This document shows positions 37,314-50,690 of a DNA stretch of 64,000 bases, piece by piece. Position 1 is the first letter of the stretch. Each line of letters opens with the position of its first letter. The notes beneath the pieces were generated by a model. That model had not been told where the DNA came from. It was given only the letters and a program-made list of their open reading frames with translations, and did no database searches. Source of the stretch: Negaprion brevirostris (lineage: Eukaryota); NCBI GenBank assembly GCA_030324005.1, contig JARDVH010000025.1:73962150-74026149 (forward strand), in the 5' to 3' direction. The position numbers were made by a program, and so were the translations under genes.

Positions 37314-39294
37314 AGATGTATTGTGTGTATCCTGGGATTTTAAGATTCTGCATTTCTGGCACTCTGGTCAGTATCAAGTCTCTGCTCATGATTAAACAGA
37401 GTAAAACTCTTAGATTCTTGCACTCAATAACCTCAGAAGAACCTCTCTTAATTTGATTAATTTGTCAATTTCCCACTCCCTGTGGCATCTGTGAATCAGA
37501 TTGCCATTTAGTGTTGAGAACCGTACCTAATGAATCAGCTGAAACTTATTTCACACAACACCCAACAGAAGAGATTTTTATTCATTCAGTCATCTTAAGA
37601 ATGCTTTTGAATTTTGGTCCAAGAATAAAAATATAGCACAGTGAACCATCCAATTGTCTTTATTATTTTTCCAAAAATTTATTTTATTCTTTGTCTACTG
37701 TAGAATATGCCAAGACAAAGTTATATGCTGTTGATGAAAAAGGAACAAATGGAACATTTAAATTAAGTAAATGCTTTGCACAATTGTGTTAATTCGTGTG
37801 TAGTTTTTCATTGGTGCATTGGTATTGAATAAATTATAAACTGTATGGTTATTCATCTAGTTAAACGTCCTAAACATTTCCTTAAAACCTGTCTCTTTGA
37901 CCAAATTTTTGTTTGTGCTATTATCTCCTTAAGTGGCTTTGTTGAGATGTTTTATGACATTTAAGGTGCTGTATAATGCACATTGCTTTTCTTGTTGTGT
38001 CCTTATACAGCCCTTTTCTAATTTTTTTTCTCGTGTCTCTCTGGAAGACACTATAGCTTTTACTCAGCACTGCATGGCACCAACAGTCCTTCACTATGGA
38101 AGTCAATGATCAATCTTCACACCCAAGCTTCACCTTGTCCTGAATCGCTGTTCACAGGTGTCATTGAATGTGATTGGGTGATCCCGTGCTCCACCCCACC
38201 CTGTCTTGCTTCACTGCTTTGTACCTGATCCACAGATGGGTTTATTTAAAACAGATGGTTTTTACTCTGAGTGTAATTTTAGTTTGCTTCCATGTNNNNN
38301 NNNNNNNNNNNNNNNNNNNNNNNNNNNNNNNNNNNNNNNNNNNNNNNNNNNNNNNNNNNNNNNNNNNNNNNNNNNNNNNNNNNNNNNNNNNNNNNTGAGT
38401 GTAATTTTAGTTTTATTGGTGTGGACTTGGTTGAATTCTTCAGATGCATCCAGAGATCCTCTTTTAACTGGTTTATGGACAGCACTAGCCAGTCCTAATA
38501 ACATTGTTGGCTACATTTTCTCAAAAATGCAGCATTGCAGAGAAATCCTCATTCGTATAAAACTCTTATTTTAGATTGGTTTCTTAATTCTCCAAAAAAT
38601 TGGATTATTCAATCTGAGAATTAGCAGCTTACTGTAATTTCTTTCTACTGTCACTCAACAATACTGGCAACTTATGAGCTTTTATTTGTAAATTATTGAC
38701 AATGATATATAGACATTTTCTGTAATATAGTATTCTTCCTACTCCAATAGTCATCATTAACCTTTTATATTGTTATGTCACCGAGTCCTAAAGATTAATT
38801 AGTGTGTTTCTCTTCTGATGTCTCATCACATCATATAATTTACAGGAAACCCATCACCAACTGATAGATAATATTCACAAGTTAATGGAATGATCAACCT
38901 CTGGCATGTACGGTGATGTTGATCATCTGGCAGGCCCACCCTATTTTGAGTATTATTTTCTGTGTTTTTTCAGTATTACATTCACATATTAAAACTTAGC
39001 ATGTTGCAGGTCAGCCTGCTGGTTCACAATGCTCTATACGACACTCAAGTTTGCCTCCTGTATTGGATGAATTCGGATGATCGCACTCATCTTCCCCTAT
39101 TGAGGCCCCAGTTAAATAAATGGAGTTTTGTCCTCAACCTTTGAACTGCATCTCATGAACTGTTAAACTATATTTTGTTCTGTTATCTGTGAGATGAGGA
39201 AGGGAAGGCCATTTATTCAGCAAAGTCCAGTTTCGTATTTTAAATGTTAAATATTCCAGTTGTTCCAGAAGTGATAGTGATGAGGAAAGGAAGT

Positions 39295-39549
39295 AGAAGG
39301 GATAAATATTGGCCATGACAATGTAGAGAACTCCACAGTGCTTCTTTGAAATTATGCCATAGGATCTTTTATTTCCACCCAAGGATCAGATGGGGTTTTG
39401 GTTTTAAATTGCACCTGAAAGACATCACTTCTGATAGTATAGATCTCCCATAGCACTGAACTAGAGTGAGTTAGGTGCTGAATTCTCTGAATTAGGAACG
39501 CCCATTACCTACTGAATCAGAGGTGAGCATGTTTCCACTGAGCCACAGT
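39295..39549 (-). mobile_element. Deu-domain SINE fragment
   Basis: gggataaatattggccatgaca...ctttgaaattatgccataggatcttttatttccaccc...ctgaaagacatcacttctgatagt...ccactgagccacag; homologous to 9575-9981. Confidence 0.7.
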
Positions 39550-39817
39550 ACCAATGGCTGATACTTTCCTTCCTTAGTCTAGATCAACTGAGGCTAGCTG
39601 TAATTTATAAATTCTTGACCCAGCTGAGATTGGTGTGATCAGCAAATGTCAGGAATGAAATCTGAAGCATTTCCAGGTTTCATGCCACGCGGGTATCAAG
39701 AAATAAATTGATCAGTTTCACCATTAGGTGAACTAGTGCCTCTGTTCATGAGGAAACAATTTAGGAAATATAGGCTGGTAGTGGACCAATGTCTACCATC
39801 ATGCCTTTTCAGTATAC

Positions 39818-40020
39818 AAAAGCAATATACTGCAAATGCTGGAAATCTGAAATAAAAGCAGAAAATGCCCAAAGTACTCCGCAGCTCAGAGAAATGATGT
39901 AAACATTTCAGGTTGATGTTCTGATGATGGGTGATCAACCTGAAATATTAATTTGATCTTCCTTTCCACAAATCTGCTTGACCTCCAGAATACGTCCAGC
40001 ATTTTCTGTTTGTATTTCTT
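39818..40020. mobile_element. Penelope-like terminal repeats as a ~200 bp inverted pair
   Basis: aaataaaagcagaaaatgcc...aacatttcaggttgat mirrored by atcaacctgaaatatt...gcattttctgtttgtatttc. Confidence 0.65.
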
Positions 40021-40901
40021 TTCGTGTAAGTGTTATTCAAGCTATTAAACAAACGAAAAGAAGGAAACGCAATGATTTTTACATAAAAAATTTTCTGAGT
40101 CCTGCGGAGAAATAGAATTTTGTCATTAATAACAGAGGCCAGAAATTGAATGATTGCGGATCGAGTTCAAATTTTCTTTGCAGGTAGCATATTGATGCAT
40201 TTTCAGAATTTGGCATGGCTGTGGAAGATTCTGAATGGCTTCAATCATTCACTGAGGGGCTATTGTTCCATCCTTGTATATCACAGCAAAAATTGTTACT
40301 TTTTGGAAATATTCTACCAGTTTTAATTTTGGGACACAAGTTGTACTTCAACAGTTTTTAGTTTTTGAAGCGCACTTTGAGCACTGTTTTCATTGAGAGG
40401 CTGGACTGCAGGCTTTTGACCACTGTTGTTCTGGTCTGTGTTTATGTCTGTAATACTTCATAGGGAACAAGAAATGGATAAGTTTGGATTTGCTTGTCTA
40501 CTTCCTTGCTGCTGCAAAAACAGCAAAGGCAGATGTTCGGGAGCAAAATGCATGCTTTTTCAGAACCCTGAAAAGGGTGACGGAGTTAACATTGTGCTGA
40601 GCAATTTGCAGAACGTTGTGAGCAGTGGAAAGGAGATTCTGAGAGGGTGGAGATGGATGCAGCTGGGGAAGTTAATGGTTCTTAAAGCAAATGTGAATTG
40701 CTCAACTTGTAAACAGATGCGTAAATGATACTACTATCTATCTTATTAACTGATTGCACTGATCTTTTTCTCAGCCTAGTATGAAGTCCTACCGAATACT
40801 CATCTTTACCTTTCACCTGCAGATATCTTTCTATTGTCTAATAATCTATCTTCTCTTTTTTTTCTTCTTCTTCTTCCTTTTCCAAATGCTGACTTATGTA
40901 G

Positions 40902-40922
40902 GAAGAGGAACAGAAGCAGGCA
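40902..40922 (+). CDS. DTNB: Beta-dystrobrevin 21-nt microexon (phase 0 to 0)
   Basis: Long C/T tract about 40850-40883, acceptor atgtag, donor gca|gtaagt. Translates EEEQKQA, the peptide that follows LMKLLK in recalled human DTNB. Confidence 0.93.
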
Positions 40923-41560
40923 GTAAGTTGAACTCAATCTTATGTTGCTGAGTATTTTATTTTAGTGCATGGAGATAAAATATGAGACGTCATTCTAGGG
41001 ATGCTTGAGAAGGAAGTTGGTGTAAATATTGGAAATAAAAGTATCAGGAACCTGTAACATCTGTATGCAATGTGGCACAACTTGATGATTCATTGCCCAT
41101 CAAACTCAGCATTTCAATAAATGGAAGTGTTGTACTGCTCGTCAATTTTAAGTGGATGAATACCATTCGGCTCTATACAAGTGACAGTTTATCCATAAAC
41201 AACATGATTTTGAACATTCATTCCTCAAGATGACTGTATAATTGACCCATTTATCACACAGAAGGAGACCATTTAGCCCCTGGTGCCTGTGCCACTCTGG
41301 TAAATGCTATATGATTTGCCTTACTGTCCTGCTCTTTCTCCGTAGCCCTGTGAAAATTTCCTTTTCTAATATATACAATATTTCATACAAAATAGTATTT
41401 TTATATGCTGTGCCTTCTTTAGGACCAAATGTAGCAAATGTTAGGAATTGGCCAAGTGTGGCTTTGGCCATTGTTGCATGTCAGACCCATCTGACCTTGT
41501 AAAATGGGGTTGATGTATTGTGTCCCAAAAGATTTGGTCACAAGTTTGGGATTCAAACAA

Positions 41561-41655
41561 AGTCCAAAAATGTGTGGGTTAGGTGGATTGGCCATGCTAA
41601 ATTGTCCCTTAGTGGGGACTAGCTAGTGTAAATGTAGGATTCTAGGATTCTATGA
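41561..41655 (+). mobile_element. Internally deleted HE1 SINE fragment
   Basis: gtccaaaaatgtgtgggttaggtggattggccatgctaaattgtcccttagtg...ggattctaggattctatga. Confidence 0.8.
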
Positions 41656-42964
41656 AGTTTTGATGGAATTAATAGCTTTCTTCCAGGGAGACCCAGCACT
41701 CATTCACCCCTAGTTTCCTGATGCTATTTTAATTATGGAACTCGCCCTAAACCCACAAATCTTGGTAGGGTTAGTGCAAAGGGCCTGAAGAGGCATGCCT
41801 CAGCAATTGCATTATCCTTATTTCACAACTGTGATTATGGATCCTGAAAACCAAGGCAATCATCCAAAAAACAAAATTGGCTCATTCATATTTGAAAAAC
41901 TAGATTAAAGACCTTGTGAAAAGGCTTTGTGTTAACTCTTAAAATGAAGTGCAAAGGCTCAAGTAACAATCTCTTGATAGTATAGAGGGGAGTGTTTCAG
42001 ATTCCTGGGCTGTGGGTAAGAGCTAGGGCAGGAAAATGTCGTGTAGCTGGGGTAGGCTTCTGCTGAAAAAAACAGATGCCAACTTGACTGTCCTTGCAGA
42101 GAAGGTAAATAAGACAATGTGGAAGAATTGAAACTAATGAGGCAGGGAGAAGATGAGGTAAACATGGCAGCCTTTTATGAAAAAATAAGTGAAATATAGT
42201 TTAACAATGGAAGTGACAATGAAGCTGGATGTTCTGGTCAGATGTTTACTGCCATGGTTACACTTCAGGCATCATCTAACAAGTGTGTGGAGCAAAAGGA
42301 TATCAACACACAAGGAATAATATTGGGATACAGGAACATAGTTCAGAGAGTGCTTGAGATGATCACCTCAAATTTCTGTATATGAATTCTTGGAGTTGTT
42401 TAAGTAAAATGGGTGACCTATAAGAACTTGCTGGAAAGAGAGGGTATAATAGCATGGCCATTTGTAATAATCCCCATGATTTGCACTGGGAATCATTAAT
42501 TGATCTTGCAATTGGAGTCATTGAATATGAGCTCCTGGGCATTGGTAATGAGCCAATCCAGTAGAGCTCATATACCAAGCCTTGCATAAAGCAAGACCCT
42601 ACGNNNNNNNNNNNNNNNNNNNNNNNNNNNNNNNNNNNNNNNNNNNNNNNNNNNNNNNNNNNNNNNNNNNNNNNNNNNNTTGTGCAATGAAAGCGTGGTT
42701 CCTTCACAACCGACTCCTGGAGTTATTATACAATCTAAAAGACCTGGTTCAGCAGTGGCAGAAGTTGGGTAACTTCACAAGAACACAGATTATTTCACTG
42801 AGCTGGAACATTCAACCTGGAAGAGACTAGAGGCGTACATTTATCAGATGGAGCTATCTGGTGGAGCTACAAGTAAAGTAGCAACCTTGGCCACATGATC
42901 ATGGCCTAAGCATGATTAGCATATCTTACAATATATTCTAATATCACTAGTGGACTTACATTGA

Positions 42965-43473
42965 GGGCAGAAGTAGCAATGTTATCATTCCACCCAGCCA
43001 GCACAATGTTATGCTGACGCTAATCACTACTTATTTTCAACAGGCTGGTGGCATGCAAGCAGGTAAGTATAGCCCCCAAGTAGTGAGGGACATGCCCGCC
43101 AGGCACTGACTTGGGCAGTGGCCTGATGCTTGCAAGGCTGGGGGATTAGTACCGATAATGAATGCCCCAATGCATGTATGATGGCGGGGCGGGAGGGAGG
43201 GGGTGTCATCCGATGTTTGTGCAGAGAGTTCATTCTTGGTGCAGATCAGGATGCCCTTTAAAGATGTCACCTCGATCTCTGTAGAACCGGTCTTGTCAGC
43301 TTTATCAGGCTTCACCTTGCCAGGGTGATGGCGCAAACCACGCCACCACCACATTCTGTGTGCACTGAGTGCCAGGAAATCTGTAGTGGAAGCTTGGTTG
43401 TCTACCTGAATCAGTACACACTGGTGTTCAGTCTGATACTGACACTCAGACAAATTTTGGGAAAATTCTGCCC
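42965..43473. mobile_element. Non-autonomous TIR element
   Basis: gggcagaa ... ttctgccc inverted termini, GC-rich interior; same terminal motif as 20801-21467. Confidence 0.45.
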
Positions 43474-43479
43474 CTTATG

Positions 43480-44960
43480 ACTTGGGATGAGAAAGGTGAG
43501 GGGGAAAAGAAAGTTAACAATTATATAGTTAGGAGGGGAAATTTTATACAGGGACAGTTTTTTAATAGATGATGTCGATTTGCAAATGATAGATTGGAAA
43601 TCTTACAAAGAATACAATGGGAGTGAAGCTATAATCCTGATCACTATTGAATTTTGGTCCTAGGAACCCAAGGAACAAGAGTTGCAATCAGAACTGATAA
43701 GTAGAAACCAGGAAATACTAGAACAGGTCAGATTCCAAGAACGTTTTGGTAATCACTAAGTGCTGCATTATCAGGTTAAACGTACGATGAGAGAAAAAAT
43801 GTATGTACTGGAAGCATCCAACTTTAGAAGGCAGATTCTGAGGGGTAAGGTAAAGAAATTAAATTCAGCAGCACAGTCAGAAGACAAAAGTATGGAGTGT
43901 TAGTGAATAATGTTTGGAAATCCTGTACACTAATTGAGTACGCCTCAAGGGACAAAAGATAACAAAAGGTAGAAAGAAGACTATGAAGTTTACAGCTAAG
44001 TGAACTGAGCTGTATTTAACACAACAAGGAGCTTGAATTAGTTGGAGAACTTAATTATGAAATAAGGTTAAGATACCAAGGGATATTAAAAAAAATCAAA
44101 CATTTCTCGGAACATATTTGCAGCAAGAATCTGGAAAAAGAAATGTGAAACTAACTGAAAGATTATATATCAAGGGATTGCAAATATACTAGTTTAATTC
44201 TTTTAGTTGCTCCTGGGGAATTTCTTCAGTGTGGAACTTAATTTACCTGGGGGAAATGGAAGAAGTTGCAAAACAAAATACCAGTTTTCGATTGAACGGC
44301 GATGGATAGGCTGAGGAGGTTGACGTAATCCAAGATGTCAGGCCTGGATGGATCATACTGAGTTACTTGACCAAGTTACAAGCAAAATTAGTCATGTATT
44401 TCTATCTTTAAGGATCAATTGAGGCAAGGAATAATGATTAGGGTTAGAGATTAGTCAACATAACACCAACCTTTAAAAAGGAGGTTAGAGTTCTTGCATC
44501 CATTGTGATCTAATGTGAGCTTAACAAATTCTATTAATAAAACAGTCAGCATCATGAAAAGGGAGCAATAAATAGCTTTGATAATTTCAGTATGATAGGA
44601 AAGAATTGATGAGGGTATTTGAAGATCTAGGTCATGGTGAATTCATTCGTTCTCTGAGGAACTAGCTGAACTTGCTGACAATAGGAGCTGTGTATGTATG
44701 ATATATTCAGATTTCTGTAAGTCTTTTGATATCCTTGTACAGAAGTAATTCAATCCCATGGTCAGAAAGCAGCCTTCTGAGGTGGGATGAAAACTGATTA
44801 AACCGTAGGAAGCATCTGCTCATTATGAATGAGCTTATGTGAACGCAGAAAGTTGGATTGCTGTAGGTATTGTAAAGTCATTACAATGCATGTGAATAAT
44901 TTGAAACAATGGGAGAAATAAAGCTGCCTCCGTTTTGAGATGACTGCAGGTGTATTAAGT
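43480..44960 (+). mobile_element. Old, heavily degraded CR1-like ORF2 fragment
   Basis: caggcctggatggatcatactgag (PGPDGIHP-like), gttagagattagtcaacataacaccaacctttaaaaagg (WR.ANITP.FKKG), gatatattcagatttctgtaagtcttttgat (IY.DF.K.FD). Confidence 0.65.
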
Positions 44961-46594
44961 AGCATCATATAGAATTAGACCATCTCAGTTGTCCACATCC
45001 AGCTTCTAAGTGGACCTTCAAAGATCTCTCTCAATAATGAAGTTTCAGAGGCGGCACACAGGTCTGCCCTAAGACTTCACAACATTGACATCTGACAAGT
45101 TGCTACAAATCTCAACTTCTACGCACTGGCTCCAGAGCACTCTAGGGATTTTTTTGTAGGTTTACTTGTAGCAGTTTGCTGTACATTCCTGAATAAGGCA
45201 AGCACCATCACTGTCTTTACCAGGACAACTTGACAGGGAGCCAGAAATGTAACTGAGAGGGTAAATAAATAGGGACAAGGCCTGTGGAGCGTGAGAAAAG
45301 GCTGCTGTGGTGTATGAATGCCAGCATTGCCCAGCTGGACTTCATGACCAGTTTCTGCTTACACATTTTAACACAAGGTAAGCTTTGACAAAATTGCCTG
45401 ATTCTGCAGAACTTAGTGTTATTGATTGTCTTCATGTGTCTTTAACAGCCCTAAATGTGAGCCCTCATATTTATATGATGCATAAAGGCTTCTGTTCTCT
45501 GAAATTACAGCTGATTTGATAAGCAGAGTTCACGTACATGAACTCCCAATAGGATGAAAGCCTATTTCTACTTCTGTAGCATTGTCCGACTCCAACTCAG
45601 TGTCTGCTTATCTGTCTGTGAAACTCATTCAAGCCTTCATTACCTCCAGGCTAGGAACACAGGAATAGGAGTAGATCATTCAGCTCACCCTAAAATCTTC
45701 TTGCAGGGTTTGATGTCAAATTTTGTTGGGTAATGCTCTGGTGAAGAGGCTTGGGCGGCCTTTATACTTTGAAGATGCTGTACAAAAATAAGTTGTTTTT
45801 GCCATGATGGTTTTATTACTTCTTCAGTTCATTGTCCCCAGTGCAGTTCAAGATATGGGGGAAAGGAAGCACTGAAAGGTTTTCAGATGGTTCAGCAGCT
45901 GCCCTTTCTCCAGGATGCCGTGCAGTCAATCTCTTTCAGATGCTGGTCCACAGCAATGTGCTAGACTTCCTTACTATCTCAGCCCTCTGCCACATATTTG
46001 TATGACTATTGCAATGCTCTTCTAATATGCAGAGCTTACAACGCTACTTGAGATTATCATCCATATGCTCTGTAACTAGCAGCTGACATTTTTCAGACTC
46101 TTTACATGTCAGTGTCCTTTAGCTTCCTGTGCTCTGTGTCTCACCACATATCAATTCCTCAGTTGGATTCTCTGTAACTCTCCCCCAAATGCCTGTCCCT
46201 GAGCTACTGAATTCAACCGGCTGTGTGGATGCCAATGTTGCCAGAGGTAGGGAGGCTGCAGTCACTTAGTCTTCAGTTCTTCTTTTGTCTGGTTCTAAAT
46301 TAAAAAGCATTCTGTTAATGGGGTTTGCGTGAGCATCATTTTGGCTTAAACAAATAATTTGTGGAATTTTTTCTGAGGATTTGAGTAGTTACTAGGGAAA
46401 ATGGAAGGGGAACAAGACAAAATTTATATATAAGAAACCATGGATATAGTAACCATACATGGCACATTGACTCCCGTATTTCTCTTCTCAAATACCACGT
46501 CAATGTTGATTCCAATGACTGTTGCTCTTCCTCTTGATATAATGTACAAATATCTTCAATTCCATGTCCAGTGGACTTCTTCGTATGGCTCATG

Positions 46595-49500
46595 AGAATC
46601 TAAGAACCGGGAGCAGGAGTAGGCCATTCAGCAATATGTCATGGCTGATCTGATTGTAGTCTCAATTTCACTTTCCCGCCAGTGCCCATAACCCTTGACT
46701 TCCTTGTGGATATAAAACCTATTTAACTTCAACAAATAAGGACCCTCTGGGAGAAGAAATTCCTCTTTATCTCCAACTTGGAGACTCATTTTTAAAACAT
46801 GTCCCATGATTCTTGTTTACCCCATGAGAGAAAATGTCCTCTTAGCATCTACCCTTTAGAATCTTTATATGTTTCAAGATCACCTCTCATTCTTATAATT
46901 TTCAAAAAACATAGGCTCAACTTGCAAGACATTTTCTCAAGACAATCCTCTCATCCTGGAAATCAGCCAAGTGAATCTTCTCCAAACTGCCTGCAATGCA
47001 AGTATGTCCTTCCTTAAGTGAGGAGACCAAAATGGCCTAGTACTCTGTGCAATTGCACCAATGTCTTGTACAGTTGTACCACGACTTCCCCACTTTAACA
47101 TTCCCTCTCCCTTGCAATATAAATTAATATTCAATTTGCTGCCTTAATTGCTTCTTATGATTCTCGTGGAAGGGAACCCAGATCCCTATGTATTGCAGCA
47201 TTCTGTAATCTCTGCATTTAAATAATACTTTGCTTTTTGATTTTTCCATCAAAGTGGATAGCCTTACATTTTCATATACGATATTCTATCTGTCAAGGTA
47301 TTTTGCTATTCACTTATTCTATCTGTATCCCTTTGCAGACTGTGGGCTGGATTTTTAAATAGTCAGGAAAACTTCATGGACTTTTGATATCCCAAATTCC
47401 TTGAAGGCAGGCATGCATTGGCCTGGAGGGGCCATGGGGATCAGNNNNNNNNNNTTTAAAATAACTGGGATTAAGTCCCAGAGAACTGAGGCAAGCCTTC
47501 TAACCGGCCTGCCTCTGCACTCGCCTATCCCAGTAGCTGCTTACAATCTACAACCAGGATTGATAGGTGAAGGTTGCCTTTTGGGAGACCTTTGAACTGA
47601 GGTGGGTGTGCTGATTTGGAACATTTCCCATTTTAAATTATCCATTTCAGTAGCGAAAATCTCTTTGTGTGCTTCTCGCAAGTTGCTTTCCCACTTGTCT
47701 TTGTATTGTCAGCAGTTCTGTCTACAATATGTTCTGTCTTTTCATCCAAGTCATTAATATACATTGTGAATAGCTGAGATCTCAGGATTGATCCCTGTGG
47801 TACCTCTAGTTACCTGAAATTGACTCATTTATCTTGACTCTGTTTTATTTTCTTTAACCAGTCTTCTGTCCATGCTAATGTATCATCCCCAACACCATGT
47901 GCACTTATCTTGCATAGTAACCTCTCTTGTGGCATCTTATCGAGTGGCATACTGTCTACTCAGTCACCTTTATCCATCCTGCTTGTTACATCCTCGAAGA
48001 ACCATATTGATACTGCTTGAGTGTATTATGATTTCCTAAATGTCCTGCTACTTTTCCTTAATATTGGATTCCAGCATTTTCCCAATGTCAGAGGTTAGGC
48101 TTAGTGACCTCCTTTCTTCTCCCCTCTTTCTGAAATAGGAGCATTGTATTTGTGGTTTTCAAAGTTACTGGGACCTTCCCAGAATCTAGGAAAATTTGGA
48201 AGATTATGGCCAATAAATGCGTTATCTTTCCAGCTACTCTAAGATTTTAAGATGCAGGCCATCGAGTCAGGGGATTTGTCAGCCTTCAGACCTATTTATT
48301 TTCCTTATACTATATCTCTGTGGTTGAGGTTATTTTAAACTAACTCCTTCCCTTTTGTTTCTTGATCTTCTACCATTATTGGCATGTCTTCTGCCATGAA
48401 GATAATATCATTTCCTTCTTTCCTATTATTATTTCCCCAGTCTCATCATCAAAGGGTCCAAATTTACTTCAGCTTCAATTTTTATTTTATTGCAGAAGCT
48501 CCTACGTTCTGCTTGTATGTTTCCTTCCAATTTACTTTCACCTCATTTCCTATTTTTTGGTCGTTGCTACAATCAGGCAAGAAGGGGTAGAATACCTCCC
48601 CCTCTTCAACCACTCCACCTTTGATCACAACAGGTTTTCGGTGAGTGTTTTATTATTTATATGCTGTAACAGACAGACAGATTATCTTATAAGGCTTTTA
48701 AAAGAAAAGAGAATAGGATTTATTATCCTCAACACCTGATCTAAAGAAAAATGCTCACACACACACATGAAAACTCTCTCACAAACACACACACACTGTC
48801 AGGATAGATTAAGCAATTTTCGGAAGTCCAAAAAAGTCAGCCTGATACAAATTTGGTAAACTGACATCTTGGATGATTTCAGACTGGACTCAGTGGTCTT
48901 TCTGGATTTTGTATCAAGATGATTTAAAGATATTGACAACCAATTTCCATATCTTCTTGTGGAGCCAGCTGCTGCTAAGTTGATTCTTAAAACATTGACT
49001 GCTGCATGTAGATGATCAAAAATCAGATAGGATTGGAATTTACAGCCCAGAGGGAAGGAGAGAAATCAACAGTGCCCACTCATACTCATTCCTCTTGTCT
49101 CTGATGTGGAGAAAAACAGTTTCTTAAAATACAAAAGAGGATTAGTTGCTCATAATGATCCCCACTCACCAACTGACTGGTGAGCCAAAGATGGTCATAC
49201 CAAGTTGATTCCTGGTCCATGGCTTAGATATGATCCGACTATGGTTGGACACATTCCTTTCTCAGCTAATGTCCATTGTCCAAGATATAGCATCTAACAG
49301 TTCCCCACTCAATTGAATAAACAAGTGCAGCCTGGATGTTTTGATAATGCATCAAGAAATGGGGTCATTCTCATTCCTCTGAGATGATTATCTTTGATAG
49401 ATTCTATTGTGCAGCTTGATTTCATTTTTAATGATTTTGGAATTTGTAAGTTACAGTTAAACACTTGACTATTTATAATTGCTGCTGTTTTACAGTGAGA

Positions 49501-50160
49501 AAATACTGTTGTTCAATGTTTTAAAACTCAACCACTGATTTCTGCCCAATAAATAGTCAGTTTGGATTTAAAACATAAGTCATCCTTTGGTTTCAAATGT
49601 TTCTCAATTTGCTGGGCTGCCAGCAAACTTTGCAGCTTGTATATGTTTTTCTTACAATTTGATGCTGTTCTTAACTTCCTTAGTTAGCCATGGATGTTTC
49701 ATCCTTCTCATTGTCTTTATTCCTCAATGCAATATTGCTTAGACATGAGTTACTAAATATGTTCTTAAATGCCTGCCATTGTGTTACCTTTTAATTTATT
49801 TTCGCAGTCCACTTGAGCTTATTCTATCCTTATACCTTTTGTATTTGCCTTTATTTAAATTGAAGACACCAATATCGGACCTAAGTTTCTCAACTCCGCC
49901 CACTATTGCATTGTTCTTTCTCGATAACTTTCCAAATTTCCCCTCGCTGAATCTTCCCTCCAGCCATGCCCCCCTGCCCCTGCTCCCACCACCACAGCCC
50001 TCCATTATTCAGTTTAAAGCTCTCTCTAGTTAGCCCTAGTTAGAGCTAGTATATTGGTCCCAGTACAATTCAAGAGAAACTCATCCCAGTGGAACAATAC
50101 CCGCTGTTCTCAGTTCTGGCGCCAGTATCCCATGAATTGAAAACCATTTCTCCCACACCA
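46595..50160 (-). mobile_element. Long degraded CR1/HER1 LINE interrupted by later insertions
   Basis: Tail gagcaggagtaggccattca at 46612; ORF 46937..47134 FWSPHLRKDILALQAVWRRFTWLI; RT-region remnants 47660-48300; upstream ORF2 remnants to about 50100. Confidence 0.75.
48565..49579. mobile_element. Probable solo LTR (~1 kb) inserted in the CR1 copy
   Basis: Starts TG after tcgt; CR1 sequence resumes at tcat (imperfect 4-bp duplication). Contains a CA-repeat patch at 48755-48797. Confidence 0.45.
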
Positions 50161-50449
50161 ATTATTGAGTCACGGATTCTGCTGTCTGTGTCAAATTGCT
50201 CATTACTGAGGGAGTAATCCACAGATTATTACCTTTTGTGGTTCTATCTGCTTTTGCAGTTATGCACAGTGAGCATACCTTCAGGAACCGCCTTGGGACA
50301 CTTTTCTATATTAGAGATTTATATGAATGCAAATTGTTGCATTCAAAGAGAGGTTCCTTGTCAAACATTGCAGTGAATTTAGTTATTTTCTGTTGCAACA
50401 TTACCATTGCTGTGAGGAGAAACCACTCGTAAATCAGATATGAAAGCTT

Positions 50450-50690
50450 ATTGGAGCTGATGTTTCAGGTCACTGACTTTTCATCAGAGCTCCTGTCATT
50501 TCTGCAGCTGGGCTATCTGTATCTCTCCCCCAAGTGCCTGTCTCTGAGCTGAGTTCTGATGAAATATCATTGAAATGAAATGTTAATTCTGTACCTCTTT
50601 CCAGAGAAGCTGCCAGATCTGCTGAGAAATTCCAGCATCTAATGTTTTTATGGCCAATTTCTAGCTTTCACAGTATTTGGCTTCATTTTG
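50450..50690. mobile_element. Penelope-like terminal repeats, inverted pair
   Basis: tgtttcaggtcactgacttttcatcagagct mirrored by gagttctgatgaaatatcattgaaatgaaatgttaa...gctgccagatctgctgagaaattccagcat. Confidence 0.6.

Noticed and set aside
12584-40922. Assignment to DTNA rather than DTNB
   Set aside because: LEGLMKLLK is DTNA-like in human, but [20 protein letters not shown] and EEEQKQA all match recalled DTNB; the G is probably ancestral.
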